Source: Bacteroidales bacterium (GTDB lineage Bacteria; Bacteroidota; Bacteroidia; Bacteroidales; FEN-979). Taken from it: DNA of 64,000 nt. Within the stretch, counting starts at the first letter, position 1. Each line of letters begins with the position of its first letter. The notes below the pieces were generated by a model. It did no database searches and was not told the DNA's origin. It was given only the letters and a program-made list of their open reading frames with translations. The position numbers were made by a program, and so were the translations under genes. Location: contig DATJQF010000230.1 of NCBI GenBank assembly GCA_035505995.1, positions 194-64,193 on the forward strand, given 5' to 3'. This document shows, piece after piece, positions 44,354 through 53,750 of this stretch.

Positions 44354-45406
44354 TTACCTTTTGTTATACTGCTGCTCATAGTACTTCTGGTAATCCCCGG
44401 AAGTGACATTCTTCATCCACTCTTCGTTCGCCAGGTACCAGTCGACCGTTTTCTCAAATCCTTCCTCGAACTGTAATGAAGGTTTCCAGCCCAGTTCATT
44501 TCTGAATTTGGAGGAATCGATCGCATACCGCAGGTCGTGCCCGGCACGGTCTTTAACGAAGGTGATGAGCTTTTCGGAGGTCCCGGCCGGTCTGTTTAAC
44601 TTCCGGTCCATGATCCTGCACAGGACCCGGATCAGGTCGATGTTCTTCCACTCGTTATTGCCCCCTATATTATAAGTTTCGCCGGGCTTCCCCTTATGGA
44701 AGATCAGGTCGATGGCCTCTGCATGGTCTTCCACATACAGCCAGTCGCGGATGTTCTCACCCTTCCCATATACGGGGATCGGCCGGTTATGCCGGATATT
44801 GTTGATGGCCAACGGGATCAGTTTTTCCGGGAACTGGTAAGGGCCATAATTGTTGGAGCAGTTGGAGATCACCACCGGAAGTCCGTAAGTATGATAAAAA
44901 GCCATGACGAGATGGTCGGAGCTGGCTTTGGAAGCGGAATAAGGACTTCTCGGATCATAGGCTGTCTTCTCGGTAAAATAACCGGTCTCCCCAAGCGATC
45001 CGTAAACCTCATCCGTCGAAATATGATAGAACAGCTTTCCTTCCGTCTTCCCGGCCCATAAGGCACGGAAGGCATTCAGCAGGTTTACGGTGCCGATAAT
45101 GTTGGTATAAATGAACTGGTTCGGGTTGCTGATGGACCGGTCGACATGCGATTCGGCAGCCAGGTGGATCACCCCGTCGCAGCGGTAATGGGCAAAGATC
45201 TCTTCCATCCGCTCTTCCTCCACGATATCGGCTTTGACGAACTCGTAGTTCGGTTCCTTTTCAATATCCCTCAGGTTGGCGAGGTTCCCGGCATAGGTGA
45301 GATTATCGAGGTTGATGATCTTATATTCGGGGTATTTCCTCACAAACCTTCTGACGACATGGGACCCGATGAAACCGGCTCCCCCCGTGATCAGGATGGT
45401 CTTCAT
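44354..45406 (-). CDS. rfbB: dTDP-glucose 4,6-dehydratase
   Basis: MKTILITGGAGFIGSH, STDEVYG and YSASKASSD motifs. The start overlaps the galE stop by 4 nt. Confidence 0.9.
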   Translation of the reverse strand: MKTILITGGAGFIGSHVVRRFVRKYPEYKIINLDNLTYAGNLANLRDIEKEPNYEFVKADIVEEERMEEIFAHYRCDGVIHLAAESHVDRSISNPNQFIYTNIIGTVNLLNAFRALWAGKTEGKLFYHISTDEVYGSLGETGYFTEKTAYDPRSPYSASKASSDHLVMAFYHTYGLPVVISNCSNNYGPYQFPEKLIPLAINNIRHNRPIPVYGKGENIRDWLYVEDHAEAIDLIFHKGKPGETYNIGGNNEWKNIDLIRVLCRIMDRKLNRPAGTSEKLITFVKDRAGHDLRYAIDSSKFRNELGWKPSLQFEEGFEKTVDWYLANEEWMKNVTSGDYQKYYEQQYNKR

Positions 45407-46440
45407 AACTTGCTTTTTAACCCGTGTTCTATCCCTTGTTCCCAACGCCAGGCTGAAAGGGTCATATCATCCAGCCCTTTTTCCGCTTTCCATCCCAGCT
45501 CCCGGTTCGCCAGGGTGGTATCCGCCCACACCTGTTCCACATCCCCCGGTCTCCGGTCCCGGATCTTGTAATTGAGCTTCAGTCCCGAGACCTTCTCAAA
45601 GGACCGGATCACTTCCATCACGGAATACCCGGTGCCTGTTCCCAGGTTGAACACCTCGGTTTTTGTCTTGTTTTTCCTGCTCATTAGCCTTTCCAGGGCG
45701 ATGATATGGGCTTTGGCCAGGTCCACCACATGGATGTAGTCCCGGATGGCCGTGCCGTCGGGGGTATGGTAATTGTTCCCCCAGACATTCAGGTATTCCC
45801 TTTTCCCGATGGCCGTTTGCGTGATGAAGGGCATCAGGTTGTTGGGCACTCCCAGCGGAAGCTCGCCGATCAGGGCCGATTCATGGGCCCCGATGGGATT
45901 GAAATAGCGCAGGTGGATCGCGTTTGCCATATAGACCTGGCAGGTGTCGTTAATGATCTCCTCGCAGATCCGCTTGGTATTCCCGTACGGGGAGGCATAT
46001 TTCTTGACGGGGGCCGTTTCCGAAACAGGAAGCTGGTCGGGCTGGCCGTAAACCGTGCACGAAGAGGAGAAGACCAGGTAAGGGATCTGCAGGCGGGTCA
46101 TGTTCTCCAGCAGGTTGATCGTGGAACCGACGTTATTCCGGTAATACAGGATCGGGTGAGCCACCGAATCGTGGACCGCCTTCAGGGCTGCAAAATGAAT
46201 GATCGCACCGATCCCCTGATTCCGCTGGAAAAAATCCCTCACTGCTTCCCGTTCCGAGAGATCGATCTTCTCAAACCCGGGTCTCACCCCGGTGATCTGC
46301 CGGATGCGGTCGGGGATCTCTTCCGTGGAATTGGAGAGGTTGTCGGCAATGAGTACCTCGTAGCCCTGCTTCTGGAGCTCCACCACGGTATGGGAACCGA
46401 TGTAGCCGCTGCCTCCGGTGACCAGGATCTTCTGCTTCAT
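45403..46440 (-). CDS. galE: UDP-glucose 4-epimerase
   Basis: KILVTGGSGYIGSH, SSSCTVYG and YGNTKRICE motifs. Confidence 0.9.
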   Translation of the reverse strand: MKQKILVTGGSGYIGSHTVVELQKQGYEVLIADNLSNSTEEIPDRIRQITGVRPGFEKIDLSEREAVRDFFQRNQGIGAIIHFAALKAVHDSVAHPILYYRNNVGSTINLLENMTRLQIPYLVFSSSCTVYGQPDQLPVSETAPVKKYASPYGNTKRICEEIINDTCQVYMANAIHLRYFNPIGAHESALIGELPLGVPNNLMPFITQTAIGKREYLNVWGNNYHTPDGTAIRDYIHVVDLAKAHIIALERLMSRKNKTKTEVFNLGTGTGYSVMEVIRSFEKVSGLKLNYKIRDRRPGDVEQVWADTTLANRELGWKAEKGLDDMTLSAWRWEQGIEHGLKSKL

Positions 46441-47459
46441 TCTTTGGTCGAGGTGTGGGTGGATTTAGCCCGTGGCTGAAGAAAAGGATGATAATCACCC
46501 GTCAGTCCGACCGGGATGGCTTTCCGGATCCGGTAAACGATATCGATGCTCGGGTGAGCATCCTCGAGCCCGAATCCCCTGCCGGCCAGGATCTCACGGT
46601 AAACGGACGTATGCAGATCGGTGAACCCTTCGCTGAATTCCACCTCCTTCCCGTCCACGGTCAGTGAACGGTGGGTCCGGATTTCCTTTTTTCGGAGCGC
46701 GGCCGGGACATCGGAATAGTTGAGGCTCAGGAACCATCTGACCCTGGCATTTTCGAGTTGGAGGAATCCTGCCGCCCGGTCGGTTTCCAGCATGTGCACC
46801 CTGCTTTCTTTCACCTTTCCGAAGATCCAGATCAGCAGATCAAAGAAATGAACGCCGATATTGGTCGCAATGCCTCCCGATTTTGACGTGTCTCCTTTCC
46901 AGGAGAATTGATACCACTTCCCCCGGGAGGTGATATAAGTAAGATCCACGTCGTACATTTTCCCGCGGTCCTTCTGATTCAGGATCTCTTCCCGCAGCTT
47001 TATAATGGCAGGGTGGAGCCTGACCTGCAGCACGGTGAATACCTTCTTTCCCGTTTCCTGCTCGATCACCTTCAGGGCATCGAGGTTCCAGGGGTTCAGG
47101 ACGATCGGCTTTTCGCAGATGGCATGGGCATTATTCCGCAGGGCCAGCCGGATATGGGAATCGTGCATGTAGTTGGGCGAGCAGATCGTAACATAGTCGA
47201 CTTTAGCGGATTCGGCTTCTTTCCGGGCCAGGGCCATGCGCCGCAGCTTATCCAGATGGCGGTCGAACCTTTCGGGCTCGATGAAAAAATCCGCATTCGG
47301 GAAGTAGCTGTCGATGATGCCTACCCCGTCATAGGGATCCAACGCTGCCACCAGCCGGTTGCCCGTATCCCGGATGGCTTTCATATGCCGGGGAGCGATA
47401 TATCCCGCGGCCCCGATCAGGGCAAAATTCATCGGTCTGGAGTGCGTTTTTGTGTTCAT
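46437..47459 (-). CDS. wbpB: Gfo/Idh/MocA oxidoreductase, WbpB-like (UDP-GlcNAcA 3-dehydrogenase type)
   Basis: [24 protein letters not shown]...[12 protein letters not shown]...CEKP closely resembles Pseudomonas WbpB (from memory). ATG 47459 overlaps the upstream stop as ATGA. The alternative start is ATG 47432. Confidence 0.75.
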   Translation of the reverse strand: MNTKTHSRPMNFALIGAAGYIAPRHMKAIRDTGNRLVAALDPYDGVGIIDSYFPNADFFIEPERFDRHLDKLRRMALARKEAESAKVDYVTICSPNYMHDSHIRLALRNNAHAICEKPIVLNPWNLDALKVIEQETGKKVFTVLQVRLHPAIIKLREEILNQKDRGKMYDVDLTYITSRGKWYQFSWKGDTSKSGGIATNIGVHFFDLLIWIFGKVKESRVHMLETDRAAGFLQLENARVRWFLSLNYSDVPAALRKKEIRTHRSLTVDGKEVEFSEGFTDLHTSVYREILAGRGFGLEDAHPSIDIVYRIRKAIPVGLTGDYHPFLQPRAKSTHTSTKE

Positions 47460-48037
47460 TTCCCGATTTTTGAAACTTTCCCGTCCCGTAACTGGTACTT
47501 TTCCTTGCTTTCCGGGCAGATCGCCAACCCTTCCCTGCTGAATTCCAGCCGGTGCCCGTATTCACTCATCCATCCGACATGCCGCGACGGGTTGCCGACC
47601 ACCAGTGCGTAAGGAGGTACCTCCTTGGTCACCACGGCGCCCGCTCCCACGAAGGCAAATTCGCCGATCTCATGCCCGCAAACGATCGTTGCGTTCGCCC
47701 CGATGGTGGCTCCTTTCCGCACCAGGGTCCGTACATACTGATCGCGCCGGATCACCGCGCTGCGCGGGTTGAGGATATTCGTAAACACCATCGAAGGTCC
47801 GAGGAAGACGTCATCTTCACAGATCACCCCGGTATAGATCGAAACGTTGTTCTGGACTTTCACGTTCTTCCCCAGGATGACGCCGGGGGATACCACCACA
47901 TTCTGCCCCAGGTTGCAGTTCTCCCCCACTTCACAGCCTTTCATCAGGTGGGTGAAATGCCAGATCCGGGTTCCCCTGCCGATCTTGCATCCTTCGTCAA
48001 TGACAGCGGTTTCGTGGGCAAAGTATTCCTTTTCCAT
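47456..48037 (-). CDS. wbpD: hexapeptide-repeat N-acetyltransferase, WbpD-like
   Basis: The left-handed beta-helix repeats, [13 protein letters not shown] and [19 protein letters not shown] resemble WbpD. Start is [14 protein letters not shown]; the track start 48061 would overlap wbpE by 20 nt. Confidence 0.75.
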   Translation of the reverse strand: MEKEYFAHETAVIDEGCKIGRGTRIWHFTHLMKGCEVGENCNLGQNVVVSPGVILGKNVKVQNNVSIYTGVICEDDVFLGPSMVFTNILNPRSAVIRRDQYVRTLVRKGATIGANATIVCGHEIGEFAFVGAGAVVTKEVPPYALVVGNPSRHVGWMSEYGHRLEFSREGLAICPESKEKYQLRDGKVSKIGK

Positions 48038-48041
48038 GTTA

Positions 48042-49172
48042 TTACCGGTTAACAAATTCAAGCACCGATCCCGTGATGAACCCGAGTTGTTCCCGGTCCA
48101 GTTCCGTATGCATGGGCAGTGAGAAAACCGATGCAGCCAGGGCTTCGGTTACGGGAAAATCCCCCGGCTTGTATCGCGGGTCCAGGTAAGCTTTCTGCAG
48201 ATGAAGCGGCACCGGGTAATAGATCATGGCCGGGATTCCTTTTGAACCGAGATGCTCGATCAGGCCCTTTCGGTCCACATTTCGTGTGACCAGCGTATAT
48301 TGGTGAAATACATGGCTCGATCTCGGGTATCGTGCCGGTATTTTCAGCTTCGGATGATTGGCAAAAGCATGGTCGTAAAAGTCGGCTGCCTCTGCCCGCT
48401 TCTTGGCATATTCGTCGAGATGCCCCAGTTTGATATCCAGGATTGCGGCCTGGAGACTGTCGAGCCGGGAATTCACCCCGATATAGTCGTGGTAATACCG
48501 GACGGTCATGCCGTGGTTCACCACCACCCTTAGTTGTTTCGCCAGTTCATCGTCGTTGGTGAAGATCGCCCCGCCGTCGCCGTAGCAGCCCAGGTTCTTG
48601 GATGGGAAGAACGAGGTGCATCCCACTTCGCCCAGGGTGCCTGCTTTCTTCTTCGATCCGTCCTTCAGAATATAGTCTGCCCCGATTGCCTGGCAGGCAT
48701 CCTCGATCACAAACAGGCGATGCTTCCGGGCTATCTCCAGGATCTCGTCCATGGGTGCGCATTGTCCGAAAAGGTGGACCGGCACGATGGCTTTCGTCCT
48801 CGGGGTGATGGCTTTTTCAACGGCCGCCGGATCTATGTTGAAGGTATCCGGGTCTACATCCACCACCACCGGGGTCAGCCGGAGCAGGGCGATCACTTCC
48901 GCCGTCGCGATGAACGTAAAGGAAGCGGTGATCACTTCGTCCCCGGGTTTAAGTCCCAGCGCCATCATCGATACCTGGAGGGCATCGGTGCCGTTCGCAC
49001 AGGGGATCACGTGTTTTACGCCGAGATATTTTTCAAGATGTTCCTGGAAATTTTTGACGGCAGGTCCGTTGATAAAGGCGCAGGAATCGATCACCTCGCC
49101 GATGGCCCGGTCAATTTCCGGTTTTATATGCTGGTACTGACCGTGCAGGTCTACCATCTGAATCTTCCGCAT
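48042..49172 (-). CDS. wbpE: DegT/DnrJ/EryC1/StrS aminotransferase, WbpE-like
   Basis: [34 protein letters not shown] and [14 protein letters not shown] motifs. Confidence 0.8.
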   Translation of the reverse strand: MRKIQMVDLHGQYQHIKPEIDRAIGEVIDSCAFINGPAVKNFQEHLEKYLGVKHVIPCANGTDALQVSMMALGLKPGDEVITASFTFIATAEVIALLRLTPVVVDVDPDTFNIDPAAVEKAITPRTKAIVPVHLFGQCAPMDEILEIARKHRLFVIEDACQAIGADYILKDGSKKKAGTLGEVGCTSFFPSKNLGCYGDGGAIFTNDDELAKQLRVVVNHGMTVRYYHDYIGVNSRLDSLQAAILDIKLGHLDEYAKKRAEAADFYDHAFANHPKLKIPARYPRSSHVFHQYTLVTRNVDRKGLIEHLGSKGIPAMIYYPVPLHLQKAYLDPRYKPGDFPVTEALAASVFSLPMHTELDREQLGFITGSVLEFVNR

Positions 49173-49212
49173 CGTAAGCTTACCGTATGTTTTGTTATGT
49201 TGATGGAACCGC

Positions 49213-49220
49213 CAAATTTA
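49213..49220 (-). promoter_or_regulatory. -7 box TAAATTTG (minus strand), wbpE-wbpD-wbpB-galE-rfbB operon
   Basis: Plus-strand CAAATTTA; 40 nt upstream of ATG 49172. Confidence 0.5.
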
Positions 49221-49301
49221 CAATTATTGGCCAGGATGGACTAATTTTTTTAATTTTAAATGCGAATTGGAACAGGCTCTAAAAAGCATAATTTGATGCG
49301 T

Positions 49302-49952
49302 ATGAAAAAGTTTGCAGTCGTTTTGGCCGGTTGCGGGGTATATGACGGGGCTGAGATCCAGGAAGCGGTCCTGACCCTGCTGGCCATCTCAAAACAGGGA
49401 GCGGAATACACCATTTTCGCCCCCGATATGGAGCAGCATGATGTGGTCAACCACCTGTCAGGAGAGGAAATGAAAGAATCGAGGAATGTCCTGGTGGAGG
49501 CGGCCCGCATCGCCAGGGGAAACATCCTGCCCCTCGACGCCTTTCGCGCAGAAGCCTTCGACGCCCTGATCTTTCCCGGCGGATTCGGGGTGGCAAAGAA
49601 CCTCTCTACGTTTGCCTTCGACAGCGCGGAGATGAAGGTCCACCCGGAGGTGGAGAAAGCCGTGCAGGCAATGCACCGGGCCGGCAAGCCGGTAGGGGCC
49701 CTCTGCATCTCCCCCGTGATCTTTGCCCGTCTTTTCAAGGGAGCCATCCTTACCCTCGGGAATGACCCTGAATCGGCAGGAGCCGTGAAGAGAATGGGGG
49801 CCGAGCACCGGATGACGACGCATGGGGAAGTGGTCGCCGATCCGAAGTTCAATATTTTTTCAACGCCCTGCTATATGCTGGATGCGTCGATCAGGGATAT
49901 TGAAAAGGGTGCGGAAAATATCGTCAGGAAAATGATGGCGGCAATGGAATAG
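49302..49952 (+). CDS. elbB: DJ-1/PfpI-fold glyoxalase ElbB-like protein
   Basis: MKKFAVVLAGCGVYDGAEIQEAV...ALIFPGGFGVAKNL...GALCISP. The start could be two codons upstream (49296). Confidence 0.8.
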   Translation: MKKFAVVLAGCGVYDGAEIQEAVLTLLAISKQGAEYTIFAPDMEQHDVVNHLSGEEMKESRNVLVEAARIARGNILPLDAFRAEAFDALIFPGGFGVAKNLSTFAFDSAEMKVHPEVEKAVQAMHRAGKPVGALCISPVIFARLFKGAILTLGNDPESAGAVKRMGAEHRMTTHGEVVADPKFNIFSTPCYMLDASIRDIEKGAENIVRKMMAAME

Positions 49953-49968
49953 ATCGTTCCGGACCCGC

Positions 49969-51042
49969 TCAGTAAACCATTGCTTTCAGCTCGCCGGTGA
50001 TCACCATCAGCCCGTTCATGGCCAGGGCGCGCATCTCATCCTCCCCCGGGAATACATGGATGGGCGCCAGTTTGTACACCCTTTCCTGGATCAGCTCCAC
50101 AAAAGCCTTGTCATAGGCAATGCCCCCGGTGATCAGGATGGCATCCACTTCGCCTTTCAGGACCGTGTACATTTCTCCGATCGTTTTTGAGACCTGGTAC
50201 GCCATTGCCTCATAAATAAGCTTCGCTTTCATTTCGCCGGCTTCAATGCGCTTCACGACTTCCAGAACATTGTTGGTCCCCAGGTATGCCACCATGCCTC
50301 CTTCACCCTTGATCATTTTCATGACCTCCTTTTCCGAATACTTTCCGCTGAAGCAAAGCCGGACCATCTGACCCATCGGAAGGGTCATGCTCCGTTCCGG
50401 GCTGAAAGGCCCGTCTCCGTCGAGCCCCTGGTTCGTATCGATGACCCGGCCCTTGCGGTGCGCTCCCACGGTGATGCCGCCGCCCAGGTGGACTACGATC
50501 AGGTTCAGGTCTTCATATTTCCGGTGGATCCCTTTGGCATAATCGCGGGCAATTGCTTTCTGATTGAGGGCATGAAAGATGGAAATCCTCTCGAACAGGG
50601 GATGGCCGGCAATTCTCGCCAGCTCCTCAAATTCATCCACCACGATGGGGTCCGCGATATAGGCCCGGGCATTGGGGAGCGATTTTACGAGATCGTACGC
50701 AATCAGTCCCCCGAGATTGCTGGCATGTTCTCCCAGCGGACTGTTGCGAAGATCGGCCAGCATCTTCTCATTCACTTCGTAAACTCCCGACTGAACCGGT
50801 TTAAGCAGTCCTCCCCTCCCTACCACCGCCTGCACTTTGTCAATATTGATCTGGGCATCGCACAGCTGCTGAAGGATGATTTTCTTCCTGAGCTCAAACT
50901 GGTCGGTGATCTTCTGGAATGGGGCCAGCTCTTCGGTCGAATGGGAAATATTCTTGAGGAAGATCGGTTCCGTATTCTGGAACACGGCGATCTTGGTTGA
51001 AGTAGAGCCGGGGTTGATGGCCAGTATGCGGATATCTTTCAT
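49969..51042 (-). CDS. buk: butyrate kinase
   Basis: ILAINPGSTSTKIAVF...HASNLGG...VVHLGGGITVGAH. Start trimmed to MKDIRIL; this ATG overlaps the permease stop (ATGA). Confidence 0.9.
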   Translation of the reverse strand: MKDIRILAINPGSTSTKIAVFQNTEPIFLKNISHSTEELAPFQKITDQFELRKKIILQQLCDAQINIDKVQAVVGRGGLLKPVQSGVYEVNEKMLADLRNSPLGEHASNLGGLIAYDLVKSLPNARAYIADPIVVDEFEELARIAGHPLFERISIFHALNQKAIARDYAKGIHRKYEDLNLIVVHLGGGITVGAHRKGRVIDTNQGLDGDGPFSPERSMTLPMGQMVRLCFSGKYSEKEVMKMIKGEGGMVAYLGTNNVLEVVKRIEAGEMKAKLIYEAMAYQVSKTIGEMYTVLKGEVDAILITGGIAYDKAFVELIQERVYKLAPIHVFPGEDEMRALAMNGLMVITGELKAMVY

Positions 51043-52589
51043 TCCTTCGGCGGAGTTAACGGTTCGACCGGCTTCCTGAGCCTGCTGTTCCGGATCCCGT
51101 AAGTGAAGTAGATCACGAATCCGATGACCATCCACACCACCAGCCGCGCCCAGGTCTGCCAGGGAAGGGAGGCCATCTGGAGAAAGCAGATCAGCGCCCC
51201 GAGCACAGGAACGACCGGCACAAACGGCGTGCGGAACGGCCGCGGGATCTCCGGTCTTGATTTACGGAGCACGATGATGCTGCAGCAAACGATCACGAAG
51301 GCCAGCAGGGTGCCGATGGAAACCAGCTCCCCGAGTACATGGATGGGCAGGATCCCGGCCAGGATAAGCGCCACAAAGCCGGTCATCAGGGTACTGACAT
51401 ACGGGGTCTTGAATTTCGGGTGCACCCGGGAGAATACCGGGGGAAGCAGCCCGTCCTTGGCCATGGAATGGAAGATCCTCGGCTGGCCCAGCAGCATCAC
51501 CAGGATGACGGAGCTCAATCCCGCGATCGCGGCGATCTTCACAATCGGCCGCAGCCAGAACATCTTTTGCCCCATCGCATCCACACCCACAGCCACCGGG
51601 TCGGGTACATTCAGGGTGGTGTAGCTCACGATCCCGGTCAGCACGAGGGCGACCAGGATATACAATACCGTGGAGATGCCCAGCGAACCCATAATCCCTA
51701 TCGGCATATGCTTCTGCGGGTTTTTGGCTTCCTGGGCGGCTGTCGAGACTGCATCGAATCCTATATAGGCAAAGAAGATCACTCCGGCCCCCCGCAGGAT
51801 CCCGCTCCATCCGAACTGGCCCCACTTTCCCGTATTGGGCGGAATGAAGGGATGCCAGTGGCCTGCCGTGACAAAAGAGACCCCGACGACGATGAACAGG
51901 ATGATCACGGAAACTTTGGTGATCACCATCAGGTTGTTGAAATTGGCGGATTCCTTGATCCCGATGACCAGCAGCAGGGTTACCAGGGCAATGATGAACA
52001 TGGCCGGGATATTCATGATAGCCGTAACATGAGGCAGAGCGCTCACAGGAATCCCCTGCGCAGTCAGGCTGTTGGCCAGGTTCGGCGTAAGCTCCTCCCA
52101 GCCGGTCTTCGGAAGCTGTATCATCACCGTGCCGGAAGCGGACGTGAGCGAGACCGGCAGGTTGATCCCGAAATCTTTCAGGAAGCTCACGACATACCCC
52201 GACCAGCCGACTGAAACGGTGGCGGCTGCAAAAAGATATTCCAGGATCAGGTCCCAGCCGATCACCCAGGCGAAAAATTCTCCCAGCGTGGCATAAGCGT
52301 AGGTATAGGCGCTGCCGGCGATGGGGATCATGGATGCAAACTCCGCATAGCACAGCCCTGCAAATGCGCAGGCGATACCCGATATGATGAAGGAAAGGAC
52401 GATGGCAGGACCCGCATACTGTGCGGCGGCCTGACCGGTCAGTACGAAAATGCCGGCGCCGATGATCGCACCGATCCCCAGGGTGGTGAGATTGGTGGCG
52501 GTGAGGGCTCTCCTGAACCCATGCTTCGTATCGGATGCCTGGGAAATAAGCTCATGGATCGATTTAGTCTGAAACAGTTTGTTGGTCAT
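51039..52589 (-). CDS. APC-superfamily amino acid permease (cationic amino acid transporter-like)
   Basis: About 516 aa from MTNKLFQTKSIHELI. LTTLGIGAIIGAGIFVLTG, with 12+ TM segments. The first 90 codons of the track ORF are Pro/Arg/Trp-rich junk overlapping the ptb 3' end. Confidence 0.85.
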   Translation of the reverse strand: MTNKLFQTKSIHELISQASDTKHGFRRALTATNLTTLGIGAIIGAGIFVLTGQAAAQYAGPAIVLSFIISGIACAFAGLCYAEFASMIPIAGSAYTYAYATLGEFFAWVIGWDLILEYLFAAATVSVGWSGYVVSFLKDFGINLPVSLTSASGTVMIQLPKTGWEELTPNLANSLTAQGIPVSALPHVTAIMNIPAMFIIALVTLLLVIGIKESANFNNLMVITKVSVIILFIVVGVSFVTAGHWHPFIPPNTGKWGQFGWSGILRGAGVIFFAYIGFDAVSTAAQEAKNPQKHMPIGIMGSLGISTVLYILVALVLTGIVSYTTLNVPDPVAVGVDAMGQKMFWLRPIVKIAAIAGLSSVILVMLLGQPRIFHSMAKDGLLPPVFSRVHPKFKTPYVSTLMTGFVALILAGILPIHVLGELVSIGTLLAFVIVCCSIIVLRKSRPEIPRPFRTPFVPVVPVLGALICFLQMASLPWQTWARLVVWMVIGFVIYFTYGIRNSRLRKPVEPLTPPKE

Positions 52590-52659
52590 AGTTGGGTTTT
52601 TAGTCTTCCGGAGGTCACTGCCGGTTTCCGGATGAAAGCCCGCGGGCACTGGGTATCGA

Positions 52660-53589
52660 TCAGTTGCCTGCAGCGGCCATGACAATGCTCGCCTGCTTGG
52701 ATTCCTCGGTATCGGAGCGGGAGGTGAGTACGATCGGGGCTGCAGCTCCCAGGACGACTGCCGCCAGGCTGGCGCCGGCCGAGAATCCAAAGGCCTTGTA
52801 CAGCACGTTCCCTGCTTCAATATCCGGGACCACCAGCATGTCGGCATCGCCTGCCACATCGCTCACGATCCCCTTATGGCGGGCGCTTTCGATGCTGACG
52901 GCGTTATCGTAGGCCAGCGGACCGTCCAGGATGCAATTCTTGATCTGTCCCCGCTGGTTCATTTTCGACAGGATGGCGGCTTCCATGGTCGCCGGCATTT
53001 GTTCGTTGACCATTTCCACGGCACACAACAGGGCAACTTTGGGCTTGGGAACTCCCAGCCGGTTCATGAATTCCACGGCGTTGTTGATGATCGCGATCTT
53101 GGTCTTCAGGTCGGGAGCGATCACCATGGCCGCATCGGTCAGACCGATCAGCTTATGATAGGTTGGCACTTCGAACAATGCAAAATGGGAAAGCACTTCG
53201 GACTTCCGCAAGCCGGCTTCCTTGTCCAGCACCCCCCTCAGGAAGGTCGCACTGGGGACATTGCCTTTCATCAATATATCAGCTTCCTTGTTGCGGACAA
53301 CGGATACCGCTCGACGGACCGCCTGGGCATCCACCTCTTCATTGATCACCGGCATTCCGGAAATATCGAGTTTCAGCTTGGCAGCCAGTTCTTTGATCTT
53401 TTGTTCCGACCCTACCAGGATGGCATCCACCAGCCCGGATTTAACGACTGCACACACCGCCTCCAGGGAATGTTCATCCTGGGCAACGGCTACGGCAATT
53501 TTCTTTTTACGGGCACTTTTGGCCAGTTCATACAGGTCACTCAGTTTGGTAAGGCCGGTCTTGGTCCCGGCATTTTTTGCAGTACTCAT
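52660..53589 (-). CDS. ptb: phosphate butyryltransferase (phosphate acyltransferase family)
   Basis: 309 aa with KKKIAVAVAQDEHSLEAV, ILMKG and the C-terminal region VVLTSRSD. Confidence 0.85.
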   Translation of the reverse strand: MSTAKNAGTKTGLTKLSDLYELAKSARKKKIAVAVAQDEHSLEAVCAVVKSGLVDAILVGSEQKIKELAAKLKLDISGMPVINEEVDAQAVRRAVSVVRNKEADILMKGNVPSATFLRGVLDKEAGLRKSEVLSHFALFEVPTYHKLIGLTDAAMVIAPDLKTKIAIINNAVEFMNRLGVPKPKVALLCAVEMVNEQMPATMEAAILSKMNQRGQIKNCILDGPLAYDNAVSIESARHKGIVSDVAGDADMLVVPDIEAGNVLYKAFGFSAGASLAAVVLGAAAPIVLTSRSDTEESKQASIVMAAAGN

Positions 53590-53653
53590 GCTACAGGTTC
53601 CTCCTTGATATATTGATATTTATGATAATTCCGGAACAGGCATTCCGGTTCCA

Positions 53654-53661
53654 CAAACCTA
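53654..53661 (-). promoter_or_regulatory. -7 box TAGGTTTG (minus strand), ptb-permease-buk operon
   Basis: Plus-strand CAAACCTA; 64 nt upstream of ATG 53589. Confidence 0.4.
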
Positions 53662-53720
53662 CGTGAATTTTGGCAAATACACAAACCGGCTGGAAATTAT
53701 TTTGTCAGTCGAAATATTCC

Positions 53721-53728
53721 TACCTTTG
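53721..53728 (+). promoter_or_regulatory. -7 box TACCTTTG, tnaA
   Basis: Exact motif 22 nt upstream of ATG 53751. Confidence 0.5.
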
Positions 53729-53750
53729 AGCGGAAAAGTAATTCGTCCCT

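Noticed and set aside
51043-51135. N-terminal extensions in the ORF track for buk (31 codons). Similar extensions occur for the permease (90 codons, 52590-52859), the RND adaptor (50 codons, 59241-59390), gldK, kdsB, secG, folE, rfbB and elbB.
   Set aside because: The extensions overlap neighbouring genes, lack homology-like sequence, and precede Met codons that reproduce the conserved family N-termini or signal peptides.
51262-52353. A 363-aa minus-strand ORF in an alternative frame inside the amino-acid permease gene.
   Set aside because: It is an Arg/Pro/Gly-rich out-of-frame shadow. The permease frame has 12+ clear TM helices and the APC signature.
53590-53750. A TnaC-like leader peptide or attenuator upstream of tryptophanase.
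   Set aside because: The 160-nt divergent intergenic region contains no ATG-initiated small ORF on the tnaA strand between the -7 box and the tnaA start.
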